A stretch of 64,000 nt of DNA, taken from positions 24,697-88,696 of the forward strand of contig CAYXKK010000004.1 of assembly GCA_964465685.1 (NCBI GenBank), written 5' to 3'. The notes under the pieces are model-generated. The model was given only the letters and a program-made list of their open reading frames with translations, did no database searches and was not told where the DNA came from. The stretch's first letter is position 1; the number at the start of each line of letters is the position of its first letter. Of the stretch, positions 51,811 through 61,116 are shown one piece after another. Source of the stretch: an uncultured Melioribacter sp. (GTDB lineage: Bacteria; Bacteroidota; Ignavibacteria; Kapaibacteriales; Kapaibacteriaceae). The position numbers and the translations under genes are program-made.

Positions 51811-54251
51811 TCGTTTGTCTCCATTCTCGAGCAGTCAGGTACCGTCACCTTCTTCGTGCAGATGACCGTCCCGTTAGGATCCCGCAGGTTGATGGTAAAT
51901 GTCTCGCCTTTGCGATACGTTCGACATAGAGGCGCAGACTCAAAAATGCCCGATCCAAGGTTCATAGACTTTACCGGGATGCCGCCCGGACCGATTACTT
52001 CGGCAGCAACAGTTCTATTCCTCGACGTGCAATTACGCAGTTGAATTCGTACAAACCTACAGCAATCGTCGGGCAACGATACTCCTCGTCCAATCGGCGG
52101 TTTCTCGAGAGTTACGATGACGTCATCACAGGTAACATTGCCTCGACATGTTTGTGCAAGTTCGGCGTTTACGTCTACCGATACAGAACATGCAACTCCA
52201 CCGACTGTAATGTTGGCAGAGGCAACGAGCGACTTTGGATTAAAGGCGAAACACGTTGGGATGCATAGTCGGCCGATCACGTGCTTATTGTTTCCGTTAG
52301 CTGAGCCAGCACGTGGCACGAGCGTTACTGACGAGTTGCCTTTTACCAATAGCCAATCGCTACTTACGGTTGACAACGTGATGTTCTCATCTGTGAGAAT
52401 CCTTATCCCGGTGAGATTGAACGGGCAACTGGTGGTTGCGGCTACGCTCACGTCGAAACAACACGTACCAAGGGCGTCTTCAAACAGCAACTCCAGTTTC
52501 GGAGACCGCGTACTGCAATCGCAATCACATCTAAGCTTGACATTCTTCCAGCACAGAATGCTACCATCAAGGCCTCGGAAGACAATTGTCGTAGAGTCAG
52601 TCAGCGCTGAAACATTTGTTTTTTCGATGCAGAATGAATAGAGGAATCCGGAATGCTTGGGGTCGACTGGCATTTCGGGCTTGTAGGTCTCGGTGATTCT
52701 ATCCTTGTCGAGGAATGTCAGACTTGAGTAGATGTCTATTGAGCCAATGGTGCAGCCTGATTTGAGCTTCGATGCATCCACATACACGTTGAAGCAGCAC
52801 TTGTCCGACCTCTCAGTGTTCGGTTCAACACGCACGCTTTTCGCAAAATCATCGCAGTTGCACTTGTCTGTGCAGCCACGGTAGGAAATGCGCTTCTCGC
52901 AGAATGCCTTACCATCCTTTCCCTTTGCAATGACGACTAGCTCTCTGGATTCCTTCTGATCGAGAGCTGGCAGGCATATAGTGCCTAGGTCATACCACTG
53001 ATAATCGCCAACAACCGGCTGTTTGGTAGGATTGCTCGTGCTGGCATCTTTTGACTCCCATCTGAATGCCCGATCACCGATCTGCGATCCCTCGAATGCG
53101 TGAATATCCATGCCATAGATTGTGCAGGCAAGCGATCGCGCGTCGATAACGTCGCCCCCACCGTTAATGAGTCTCACTCGAAAGCAGCATTTCGCGGGAT
53201 CCTGCGATAAAGCTGGGATGAGCTCGACTTGGAAGCTGCCGTTGCACACGCATTCAACTACTTCCGTAAGGCGTACATCGTCGATGTAATAGTAGGCAAA
53301 CTGTCGTGAGGTGGGATTGCTGAAGTAGTTCTGGCAAACAGGCGGAAGAGGCTGATTAACGTCCACACTGGGCCGTTCCTCGAAGTTTCCGATCGTCAGA
53401 TATCTCTCTCCACCGTTAGCGATGAAATCATGCTGCACGAGGGTCCATCCGTTTTTTCGGTCGATCTTTCCTGCACTAGCTAGCTTCAGTCCGGGGTCCC
53501 CTATTGTGTAGGGAATCCCGACACGCGCATTCGGTCCATCGTTGTCATCAATGTCGTAACAGGCGTCCCGGTATGAGTTTTGCGGGATTGTAAGGTATGG
53601 ATTCGGGGAAACTCTCGCTTCCAGACCGATAGCGTGGGTGCTCACCTCCGACAGCGATGCGTAATAGCTAAGAGTGTACTTCCCGTCCTTCTTTAGCGGA
53701 ACTAGCAGTTCCACTTCGAGGTATTCACGCCAGAGCTCATTTGCAGGATCAGCTACCCGATCAAACGGTACGATGTTGGATCCGGCATCAATTCCATTCA
53801 ACCGGTAATACAATCCAGCGTACCGCGTGTTTGCAGCATCCGCTAGCGTACGTGTTGGTTCATAACCGAACCAGTTCTCAGGGATGCCTACATACGACCC
53901 ACCTCCTACGCCAGGAATGCACGGCTCCTGTTCGGTTGTAAACAGATCTGCGCTGGAACATGAAATCGGATCGTAAAATGTTCCGGCGGGGATGTATGGT
54001 ACCCGATCTTGATCATACGGGATGATAAACGGAGGGGCTGTGCTGTTTTCCAGCATGTACCGATGAAACTGCCTCCACCATCGGCTCGCAAAGAGATATC
54101 TGGTGCCCCAGACAGGCCACGTTGGATTTCTCTGATGATCAATCGTGATTTGTTCGAAGGACCCATTGGGAACGTAATCTCGCACACCCGTTATTGGTTG
54201 AGCCAAGGACACATGGCAATCTGAGAGCAAAACTCCCAGAATCAGCAGCAC
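51807..54251 (-). CDS. Large secreted Cys-rich protein (814 aa) with about four internal repeats marked by CCF-x-V motifs; unknown function
   Basis: Hydrophobic N-terminus. 40+ cysteines. Recurring K-CCFRVRL / KCCFNVYV / GTCCFDVSV / DCCRFVRI elements about 100 aa apart. GTG start. ~50% GC. A 4-nt overlap with the downstream RCC1 gene. Confidence 0.55.
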   Translation of the reverse strand: MLLILGVLLSDCHVSLAQPITGVRDYVPNGSFEQITIDHQRNPTWPVWGTRYLFASRWWRQFHRYMLENSTAPPFIIPYDQDRVPYIPAGTFYDPISCSSADLFTTEQEPCIPGVGGGSYVGIPENWFGYEPTRTLADAANTRYAGLYYRLNGIDAGSNIVPFDRVADPANELWREYLEVELLVPLKKDGKYTLSYYASLSEVSTHAIGLEARVSPNPYLTIPQNSYRDACYDIDDNDGPNARVGIPYTIGDPGLKLASAGKIDRKNGWTLVQHDFIANGGERYLTIGNFEERPSVDVNQPLPPVCQNYFSNPTSRQFAYYYIDDVRLTEVVECVCNGSFQVELIPALSQDPAKCCFRVRLINGGGDVIDARSLACTIYGMDIHAFEGSQIGDRAFRWESKDASTSNPTKQPVVGDYQWYDLGTICLPALDQKESRELVVIAKGKDGKAFCEKRISYRGCTDKCNCDDFAKSVRVEPNTERSDKCCFNVYVDASKLKSGCTIGSIDIYSSLTFLDKDRITETYKPEMPVDPKHSGFLYSFCIEKTNVSALTDSTTIVFRGLDGSILCWKNVKLRCDCDCSTRSPKLELLFEDALGTCCFDVSVAATTSCPFNLTGIRILTDENITLSTVSSDWLLVKGNSSVTLVPRAGSANGNNKHVIGRLCIPTCFAFNPKSLVASANITVGGVACSVSVDVNAELAQTCRGNVTCDDVIVTLEKPPIGRGVSLPDDCCRFVRIQLRNCTSRNRTVAAEVIGPGGIPVKSMNLGSGIFESAPLCRTYRKGETFTINLRDPNGTVICTKKVTVPDCSRMETNE

Positions 54252-54283
54252 GACACTTAGCGATCTAAGCTGCGGGAAGTTGC

Positions 54284-54295
54284 GGGGGGGGGGGG
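54284..54295. repeat. Homopolymeric G12 tract (C12 on the coding strand), 33 nt upstream of the start of the Cys-rich protein gene
   Basis: Read directly: tgc-gggggggggggg-catat. Confidence 0.95.
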
Positions 54296-54468
54296 CATAT
54301 ACGACTCCGGAATTCTATGAACTACTTTTACTACATCTTGTTCGTAGAACATACATCCACGCAATCAAAGCTGCAAGGACAATCTGCGGTATGACAGTAG
54401 TTGTCATACACGCGATTCGTGAAGTGTCTGTACTGTGTGATTATGCGATTACAGAAAATGATGCACAT

Positions 54469-54594
54469 GGGTCGCTTCACTCCAAGCATCGACGACGTCA
54501 ACGCTGTTGCGCTCAGCGTGCTTCGCCACCGCCTCGTCACGAACTTCAGTGCCGAAGCCGAAGGCGTGAGCGTCGATACAATTATCCGCGAGCT
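54469..54594 (+). pseudogene. Right copy of the 126-bp direct repeat: an orphan fragment duplicating the last ~42 codons of moxR
   Basis: Encodes GRFTPSIDDVNAVALSVLRHRLVTNFSAEAEGVSVDTIIREL with no upstream moxR body. One mismatch to the copy in the intact gene. Confidence 0.85.
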
Positions 54595-54651
54595 CACAGG
54601 GCAGAAGTGATGCGCCCCTGCTGTGGCGCCAAATAGCCGTACCTTTGTGGC

Positions 54652-55962
54652 ATGGGTCTCGTAGCAATCGTTGGCCGACCGAACGTCGGCAAGTCCACGC
54701 TGTTTAATCGCATCATCGAAGAACGCCATGCCATTGTGGAAGGTGTTCCGGGTGTTACGCGTGATCGTCTGTACGCCAAGGGCGAGTGGGCAGGCATTGT
54801 ATTCCAGCTCGTCGATACGGGTGGTATCGTGCCTGATAGCGATGATGTGTTCGAAAGCGCGATTCGAGAGCAGGCGATGCTTGCGATCGATGAAGCGGAT
54901 GTGATCCTCTTCGTTGTGGATGGCCGTGACGGTCTGACGCCGATTGATAGCGAGATTGGTGGCATGCTTCGCAGCTCCAAGAAGCCGGTTGTGTTGGTTG
55001 TCAACAAGTGCGACAACGCATCGGGTGATCTCAATGCGTCGGAATTCTATGCACTGGGTCTTGGCGATCCGTTTGCGATCTCTGCATTGAATGGTCGCAG
55101 CACGGGCGACTTCCTGGATCTTGTTGTGTCGCACCTGCGTGACGACGAACAGATGGAAGACTCGCGACTGAAGATTGCGATCGTTGGTCGTCCGAACGTG
55201 GGTAAGAGCTCGCTGACAAATGCATTGCTTGGCAAGGACCGCATGGTGGTAACGCCGATTGCGGGCACGACACGCGATGCGATCGACAGCGTGCTGACGT
55301 ATTACGGAGAAGAGATCGTCCTTATCGATACAGCAGGTCTACGTCGCCGGAGTCAAATCAAGGAGAGCATTGAGCTCTTCAGCACGATGCGCACATCGCG
55401 CGCGATTGATCGATGCGATGTAGCGGTGGTGGTGGTCGATGCAGTGCAAGGCCTCGAAGCGCAAGACAAGCGCGTGATCTCCGAAGTTGTTGCAGCCCGC
55501 AAGGGTATCATTATCGCGCTCAATAAGTGGGATCTGATCGAGAAAGACACGAAGACGGCCGACGCGTTCATCCAGAAGATCTATGATGAGCTGCCGACAC
55601 TCGACTACGTGCCGATCCTCACGATTTCCGCGATCACGAAGCAGCGCATCACGAAGCTCATCGAAATGTCGAAGAAGATTCAAGAACGTCGTTGTGTGCG
55701 CATCCCAACGCACGAGCTCAATGAGGAGCTGATTGCGATGCTCGAGCGTACGCCCCCTCCAAGTGTGAAGGCGCGCGACTTGCGCATCAACTACGTAACG
55801 CAGGTAAAGACTGAACCACCATTGTTTGCGTTCTTCTTGAACTTCCCTGAGCTGCTCCCGGAAGCCTACAAGCGCTTCATTGAACGTCAGCTGCGTAAGC
55901 TGCACGACTTCGAGGGCGTGCCGATCAGCTTTGTATTCCGGAAGAAGAACAACCGCGATTAA
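54652..55962 (+). CDS. der: Ribosome-biogenesis GTPase Der (EngA), two tandem GTPase domains plus KH-like domain
   Basis: GRPNVGKST (G1) occurs twice, with DTGG/DTAG (G3) and NKCD/NKWD (G4). Confidence 0.95.
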   Translation: MGLVAIVGRPNVGKSTLFNRIIEERHAIVEGVPGVTRDRLYAKGEWAGIVFQLVDTGGIVPDSDDVFESAIREQAMLAIDEADVILFVVDGRDGLTPIDSEIGGMLRSSKKPVVLVVNKCDNASGDLNASEFYALGLGDPFAISALNGRSTGDFLDLVVSHLRDDEQMEDSRLKIAIVGRPNVGKSSLTNALLGKDRMVVTPIAGTTRDAIDSVLTYYGEEIVLIDTAGLRRRSQIKESIELFSTMRTSRAIDRCDVAVVVVDAVQGLEAQDKRVISEVVAARKGIIIALNKWDLIEKDTKTADAFIQKIYDELPTLDYVPILTISAITKQRITKLIEMSKKIQERRCVRIPTHELNEELIAMLERTPPPSVKARDLRINYVTQVKTEPPLFAFFLNFPELLPEAYKRFIERQLRKLHDFEGVPISFVFRKKNNRD

Positions 55963-55976
55963 TCCGTCGTGGGCTG

Positions 55977-56726
55977 TTATGCGAACAGCTCAATGCCAAG
56001 CACAACACATCCGATCGCCAAGACAACCCATCCGAAGGCTGCACGTAGCGCGGTGTTGTCGATGCGTCGAGATAAGAGCGTGCCTGCGATGATGCCGGCT
56101 GTGGTGAGCGCAGTAAAGGTCAGCACATAGGGCCAGTCGTACTGCATCCCATCGGCCATGTCGACCATGACGCCGGTGAAGGAGTTCACGCAGATCAGCA
56201 CCAGCGACGACGCAACGGCGCGCTTCATGTCGAGTCCGGCCCACAGCGCAAGTGCGGGTGTGATCAGAAACCCTCCGCCCACTCCAAGCAGTCCACCAAT
56301 TGCACCGATCACAATGCCGAAGGCACTGAGTCGCAGTGGATGTACTTCGTGAGTGTCTGACGACGTCGTCTTGCGCCCGCGCATCATCGCAAGTGCCGCA
56401 ACCAGCAGAATGATGCCGAAGAAGATCATCTGCACGCGTTGCGGAACATACTGATCCAGATATCCGCGTACAGCAATGAGCGAGAGGATTGTCGACGGAC
56501 CGAACCACACGATCGTACGCCATGCAACCAGACGCTGGCGCCATTGCATGCCGACAGCGATTGCCGATGATACAGCGACGATGAACAATGCGTAGCCATC
56601 GGCGAGCTCAGGTGCAACGCCGCCAATGTAGACGAAGGCTGGCACGGCAACAATTGCGCCGCCTGCGCCCAAGAGTCCGAGCGATACACCGATTGCTGCC
56701 GCAATAACAAGCATCAGTGGCGTCAC
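55977..56726 (-). CDS. TauE/SafE family sulfite/anion exporter-like membrane protein
   Basis: About 8 TM helices, with duplicated Gly-rich GxxxG segments typical of TauE (AGGAIVAVP..., LLGVGGGFLITPAL). Confidence 0.8.
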   Translation of the reverse strand: MTPLMLVIAAAIGVSLGLLGAGGAIVAVPAFVYIGGVAPELADGYALFIVAVSSAIAVGMQWRQRLVAWRTIVWFGPSTILSLIAVRGYLDQYVPQRVQMIFFGIILLVAALAMMRGRKTTSSDTHEVHPLRLSAFGIVIGAIGGLLGVGGGFLITPALALWAGLDMKRAVASSLVLICVNSFTGVMVDMADGMQYDWPYVLTFTALTTAGIIAGTLLSRRIDNTALRAAFGWVVLAIGCVVLGIELFA

Positions 56727-57040
56727 GCTGTCACCGCCGTTGCGCGATCGAGTTCGTGCGCGATTGCTGCATAGGGCTGCACACCGGCCTGACGCCAGAT
56801 GGGTTGTCCGTGTTGGAAGATCATGAGCGTTGGGATGCTCTGTATCCCGAACCGTGCCGCGAGTTGCGGCTTGTTGTCGACGTTGACCTTGATGACGAGT
56901 GCACGCCCCTTGAAATCACGAGCGATCTGTTCGATCGTCGGTGCAACAGCATGACACGGTCCGCACCACTCCGCCCAGAAGTCAACAAGGATGGGCTGCG
57001 ACGTTGAAGCAAGCAGCTCATCGAAGGTGCCCGTTACCAT
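56723..57040 (-). CDS. trxA: Thioredoxin
   Basis: WCGPC active site in FWAEWCGPCHAVAP. Start at MVTGTFDELL. Confidence 0.9.
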   Translation of the reverse strand: MVTGTFDELLASTSQPILVDFWAEWCGPCHAVAPTIEQIARDFKGRALVIKVNVDNKPQLAARFGIQSIPTLMIFQHGQPIWRQAGVQPYAAIAHELDRATAVTA

Positions 57041-57327
57041 TGCAGCATGCCTCCCTCGAGGTTGACGGGATTGGTAAAGCCTTGCATGCCGAGGAACAAG
57101 CATGCTTGACCGCTGCGGTTGCCTGAGCGACAGTACACGATGAGTTCGCGATCGCGATACTGTTCGATCTCGTCGAGTCGCTCAGGAAGCTCACCGAGTG
57201 GAATCAGGATTGCATGTGGAATGTGCACTTCGGCGTGCTCTTCCGGTTGGCGCACATCGAGAAGTACGAGGTCGTCGCCTGCCGCGATACGTTGCTTGAG
57301 ATCGGTCGATGAGATTGTTGCGAACAT
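57034..57327 (-). CDS. Single-domain rhodanese sulfurtransferase
   Basis: 97 aa, with active-site Cys loop VYCRSGNRS. Confidence 0.85.
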   Translation of the reverse strand: MFATISSTDLKQRIAAGDDLVLLDVRQPEEHAEVHIPHAILIPLGELPERLDEIEQYRDRELIVYCRSGNRSGQACLFLGMQGFTNPVNLEGGMLQW

Positions 57328-58739
57328 TATGCTGATTTCTCCGTGGAAACAGGTGCGCCAGATGCTTGCCAGCCGGCATAGCCCTGAGGGAAATTGACTA
57401 CGTTGGTAAAGCCTTCGCGTTGAAGAATGCTAATCGCGATGCTTGAGCGATCGCCACCTTGACAAGAGATCACGACCGGTGTGTCGCGTGGGATTTCATT
57501 CGTGTGACCCTGCAGGTAGCCCGCATGGAGATGCATTGCTCCAGGAATATGTCCTGCGTCGTACTCACTTGTTGCACGTACATCAACAACACGCAATGAG
57601 CCATCGGCATGGTGTGCTATGAGATCATCGAGATGGATCTGTGGAACTTCCGCGAGTTCATTGCCCGCTTCTTGCCAGTCGGTGACGTTCGGGTAGTACC
57701 CAGCAACACCATCCAGACCGATACGAATGAGCTTGCGCATCACATCGTCGAGATTATCTTCATCGGCAATGAGTGCGAATGGCTCGTCGTAGTTCAACAC
57801 CCAGCCCGCCCATGTTGAGAAGGCCTTGTTGTTCTGGATGTTGATCGTTCCTGGGATGTGTCCGCCCGCAAACGACACTTTCGAACGTGTGTCGATAACG
57901 TGTCGATTCGATGTGAGTACATCGCGGAGTTCGCCAAGTGTGAGGCGCTTCGGCGATGGCACGCTGTCGAGCAGTGGACGTTCCACCTTGTTGAGCTTCT
58001 TCATCATCGCGAAGTAGCGAGGGGGCTCGGGTTGTCCAGAGAGGAGCTCGGCAACGAATGCATCCTCTGATGTGTGGCGCAGTGCCCAGTTGACAAGCTT
58101 CTCGTAGCCGACGGTTGATGACGGAATTGCGCCCAGCGCTTTGCCGCACGCCGAACCAGCGCCGTGTGCTGGGTGAACCTGAATGTGATCAGGCAGGGCC
58201 TTGAAGCGTGCGAGTGATTTCCACATTTGGCGCGCGCCAACTTCCATGGTGCCAACGAGACCTGCTGCCTTTTCAAGCAAGTCCGGACGACCGACATCGC
58301 CAACAAAGACGAAGTCGCCGGTGAAGATCATGATTGGAATATCTGCAGCAGCCGGCGTATCGGTGACAAGGAATGAGATGTGCTCGGGAGTGTGACCCGG
58401 CGTGTGCATCGCTTCGATCTTGATGTTGCCCACCATGAAGGTGTCGCCATCCTTGAGTCCGACGTGATCGAATTCGTATTGCCATTCATCGCCCCCTTCG
58501 TCTGATAAAAACATCATGGCACCCGTCACATCGGCGAGCTCGCGCGTACCGCTCAGGAAGTCGGCATGGATGTGCGTTTCTGCAAGGTGTGTGATGCGCA
58601 GACGTTCTTGACGTGCGATCTCGATGTAGGTGTCGATGTCGCGCTTTGCATCGATGACTACGCATTCGCCGGTCTTCTGACAGCCGACCATGTAGGATGC
58701 GTGGGCAAGGCCTGGTTCGTAGATCTGTTTGAAAAACAT
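57327..58739 (-). CDS. Persulfide dioxygenase (ETHE1-like MBL fold) fused to two rhodanese domains (CstB-like)
   Basis: MBL metal motif THIHADF / HTPGH..., then two rhodanese modules, the last carrying the catalytic CQGGDRS. Confidence 0.85.
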   Translation of the reverse strand: MFFKQIYEPGLAHASYMVGCQKTGECVVIDAKRDIDTYIEIARQERLRITHLAETHIHADFLSGTRELADVTGAMMFLSDEGGDEWQYEFDHVGLKDGDTFMVGNIKIEAMHTPGHTPEHISFLVTDTPAAADIPIMIFTGDFVFVGDVGRPDLLEKAAGLVGTMEVGARQMWKSLARFKALPDHIQVHPAHGAGSACGKALGAIPSSTVGYEKLVNWALRHTSEDAFVAELLSGQPEPPRYFAMMKKLNKVERPLLDSVPSPKRLTLGELRDVLTSNRHVIDTRSKVSFAGGHIPGTINIQNNKAFSTWAGWVLNYDEPFALIADEDNLDDVMRKLIRIGLDGVAGYYPNVTDWQEAGNELAEVPQIHLDDLIAHHADGSLRVVDVRATSEYDAGHIPGAMHLHAGYLQGHTNEIPRDTPVVISCQGGDRSSIAISILQREGFTNVVNFPQGYAGWQASGAPVSTEKSA

Positions 58740-58825
58740 ATGACGTCCTTTCAGTTCAATGTCGTAACGAAGTATGCGAACCTACGGCATCGCATACGAG
58801 CGTGTTGGTGACTTTTTCACAATGC

Positions 58826-58841
58826 TGTCACGTGCGTGACA
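58826..58841. promoter_or_regulatory. Perfect palindrome TGTCA-CGTGCG-TGACA (a Crp/Fnr-family-type TGTCA-N6-TGACA box), ~95 nt upstream of the persulfide dioxygenase start. It overlaps the crp stop codon.
   Basis: Read directly from the sequence. Half-site spacing is identical to the Crp/Fnr family consensus architecture. Confidence 0.4.
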
Positions 58842-59499
58842 GAAGTCCCTTGCGATCTTTGATTGTGATCGATCCCCGGTGGATTTCTACCCAGCCCCTT
58901 GCCGCAAAGTCTCGCAGAATACGCGTCACGACCTCGCGTGCGGTGCCCGCTTCTTCAGCGAGCTTCTCGTGCGTAGCATTCACAGTTGACGTGTGGTGTC
59001 GCGCTGCATGATCGATGAGGATGCCGGCAAGACGTTCGTCCATGCGACGGAAGACGATTTCCTCGATAAGAATCATCACGTCCGTCAGACGCGTTGCAAA
59101 CATGCTGAAGACGTAGTCGCGTGCTTCGTTCGACGTGTTCATGAGCTCGCGAAAATCATCCGTCGAGATCGTTAGCACGGTAGCGTCTTCTTCGACTACG
59201 GCACTGGCTTGGTGAATGGGATTCGACAGTGCGCACGACATCGAGAGGATGCATGTATCGCCACGGCCGATGCGGTAGAGTGTGATCGACTTTCCGGTGT
59301 CGTGCTCTTTGAACACACGAATCGATCCCGAAACGACGAAGCCGATGCGACCGCACCCTTCGTTCTCACGAAACACATACGTACCAACGGGCAGGTCCAT
59401 GCGATGGACTCGCTCAGGGGGCAGAAAGGTGAAGACACCAGGTATGGTAAGGTCGTTCTGTTCCATTGTCGAAACTACATGAAATTTCACGGTTGGCAT
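58828..59499 (-). CDS. Crp/Fnr family transcriptional regulator
   Basis: N-terminal cNMP-binding-like beta-roll. C-terminal HTH ...EKLAEEAGTAREVVTRILRDF.... No N-terminal Cys cluster of FNR proper. Confidence 0.8.
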   Translation of the reverse strand: MPTVKFHVVSTMEQNDLTIPGVFTFLPPERVHRMDLPVGTYVFRENEGCGRIGFVVSGSIRVFKEHDTGKSITLYRIGRGDTCILSMSCALSNPIHQASAVVEEDATVLTISTDDFRELMNTSNEARDYVFSMFATRLTDVMILIEEIVFRRMDERLAGILIDHAARHHTSTVNATHEKLAEEAGTAREVVTRILRDFAARGWVEIHRGSITIKDRKGLLSRT

Positions 59500-59602
59500 A
59501 CTCGACCTTCCTCTTTGCGAATGCCTGATTTCGTGTCTCTGTGTGATAGGTGATGTTGTGCGCAACGTGATTGCAGCAGTACCACATAGAGGGAGGGCGG
59601 TG

Positions 59603-60103
59603 ATGGATGTAAATCGTGGCGAACTATATCGCTTTTTGTCGCGACGGTATGCAGCGGCAACGCCTGATGATGTTGACGAGGCAATTCAGCACGCGGTGAC
59701 GGTGACGTATGAGATGAGTATAATGCGAGAAGCCCCGAATAACACACAGGCCTATGTGACAACTGTGGCGGCACGCGCACTTGCACGTACGGTAACGCGA
59801 ACCAAGTCGATGGTGCATCCGGATCGTGACGAAGAGTACGGTTGGATGCCGTTTGAACGCACGACGTCACCGCTTGTTGTTATGCCGGCACACGAAGACG
59901 TTGTGGACGCATCAACCGTACTTGCGCGGTTACCTGAGCAAGACGCAGCGTTGTTGCGGAGACATTACCTGGAGGGCATGCCGTTTGAAGAAATCGCACG
60001 TGAATTGGATCTCAAGCCGGAGTGTATTCGCAAGCGACACGAGCGAGCGCTGAAACGTGCGCGCTCACTCTTCGTTAGCCAGCGTCCCGCTGAAGAGCCT
60101 TGA
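59603..60103 (+). CDS. Sigma-70 family (ECF-like) RNA polymerase sigma factor
   Basis: Region-4 HTH LLRRHYLEGMPFEEIARELDLKPECIRKRHERALKRAR. RBS GAGGGAGG 8 nt upstream of the ATG at 59603. Region 2 is divergent. Confidence 0.6.
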   Translation: MDVNRGELYRFLSRRYAAATPDDVDEAIQHAVTVTYEMSIMREAPNNTQAYVTTVAARALARTVTRTKSMVHPDRDEEYGWMPFERTTSPLVVMPAHEDVVDASTVLARLPEQDAALLRRHYLEGMPFEEIARELDLKPECIRKRHERALKRARSLFVSQRPAEEP

Positions 60104-60488
60104 TCTTCGCGAGGTCGTGCGATAGATCGACGATGTTGCGGATGACGCCTTGCGTCATACCGAAGTAGACTTCATCGAATCGACGCAGCGTATCGTCGTC
60201 GGCATTGTTGACAAGCGTTGCAAGATGCTCGCGCAGAGCATTCATCTGGAGTGCGAACTCTTCCTCGAGCTGACGGTACCCTTCATCACCAGGTTGCACG
60301 CGGCGAAGCGTTGAATACACCTTCCACGTTGCTGTGCCGGTACGTGAGATGTGATTAAACAAGTCTGCATCGCCGAGCGTTGCACCAAGCTCAAGTATCG
60401 TTGCGATGTCGTTGCGCTTACGCAAGCCCCCTTCGATGGATGCTTCGAGAAACTCGATCACGGCAAGGGTATCGTCGGAGAGCTGCAT
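60075..60488 (-). CDS. Hypothetical alpha-helical protein (137 aa)
   Basis: An ORF 5 nt downstream of the preceding minus-strand gene. No recognisable motif. Confidence 0.4.
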   Translation of the reverse strand: MQLSDDTLAVIEFLEASIEGGLRKRNDIATILELGATLGDADLFNHISRTGTATWKVYSTLRRVQPGDEGYRQLEEEFALQMNALREHLATLVNNADDDTLRRFDEVYFGMTQGVIRNIVDLSHDLAKIKALQRDAG

Positions 60489-60493
60489 TGGTG

Positions 60494-61087
60494 CTAGTAC
60501 TGGACTGTGGCAAGGATCGATCGGAAGGTTGCTTCTTGTGTTGCGTTATCGGGCACATCTTTACCACTAACGGTGAGCGGCACGAGTGCGATCTCGTAAT
60601 GATTGCCGAGTGTTGATGTGCATACTGCTGCGCGTGTGCGGAGTCCACCGGCAGTCATCGAAAAATCATACAACCCAAAGCGACGTGGTCCAAGCTCTGC
60701 TGTGCGATACGTGCCAATGAGCTTCACCGCGCCGGCTGATTTACGCACGTGTTTCTGGTACGCAACGCGTGCTAGACCCAACATGCCTTCGTCCTCTGTC
60801 ATCTCACGTGTTGATTCACCGTGTGGGATGCTACTGATGACCATCGACATGGTGTAGTCTGGGTTGACGGCGATGGAGACGATGTCTGCCGATGCTTCGC
60901 CCTTTGCATCGAGGAACACCCATCCGCGAGGAAGCAGTGCGATGAGATCGCCCGCACGTGTGCGGACGAGTTCGTCGCTCATGTCGATCTGCGGCTGCGG
61001 ACTCAACGCAACGTGCTGCACGTCTTCGGTCTGCTGTGGTGCTTTTACGAACAGACACGATGGAACGGCAACGACAAGCAGTGTCAT
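60494..61087 (-). CDS. Hypothetical lipoprotein (~197 aa)
   Basis: Start chosen at MTLLVVAVPSC (lipobox-like). The longer ORF start would overlap the upstream gene. Confidence 0.45.
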   Translation of the reverse strand: MTLLVVAVPSCLFVKAPQQTEDVQHVALSPQPQIDMSDELVRTRAGDLIALLPRGWVFLDAKGEASADIVSIAVNPDYTMSMVISSIPHGESTREMTEDEGMLGLARVAYQKHVRKSAGAVKLIGTYRTAELGPRRFGLYDFSMTAGGLRTRAAVCTSTLGNHYEIALVPLTVSGKDVPDNATQEATFRSILATVQY

Positions 61088-61116
61088 TGCAACGAGGTGG
61101 ATCCAGCGCAGACGGA

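Noticed and set aside
54401-54610. 69-aa plus-strand ORF that includes the duplicated moxR C-terminus
   Set aside because: Better explained as an orphan direct-repeat fragment with a fortuitous upstream ATG than as a functional small gene.
54331-55134. 267-aa minus-strand ORF
   Set aside because: Antisense to der, which has unambiguous tandem GTPase motifs. It also spans the orphan moxR fragment.
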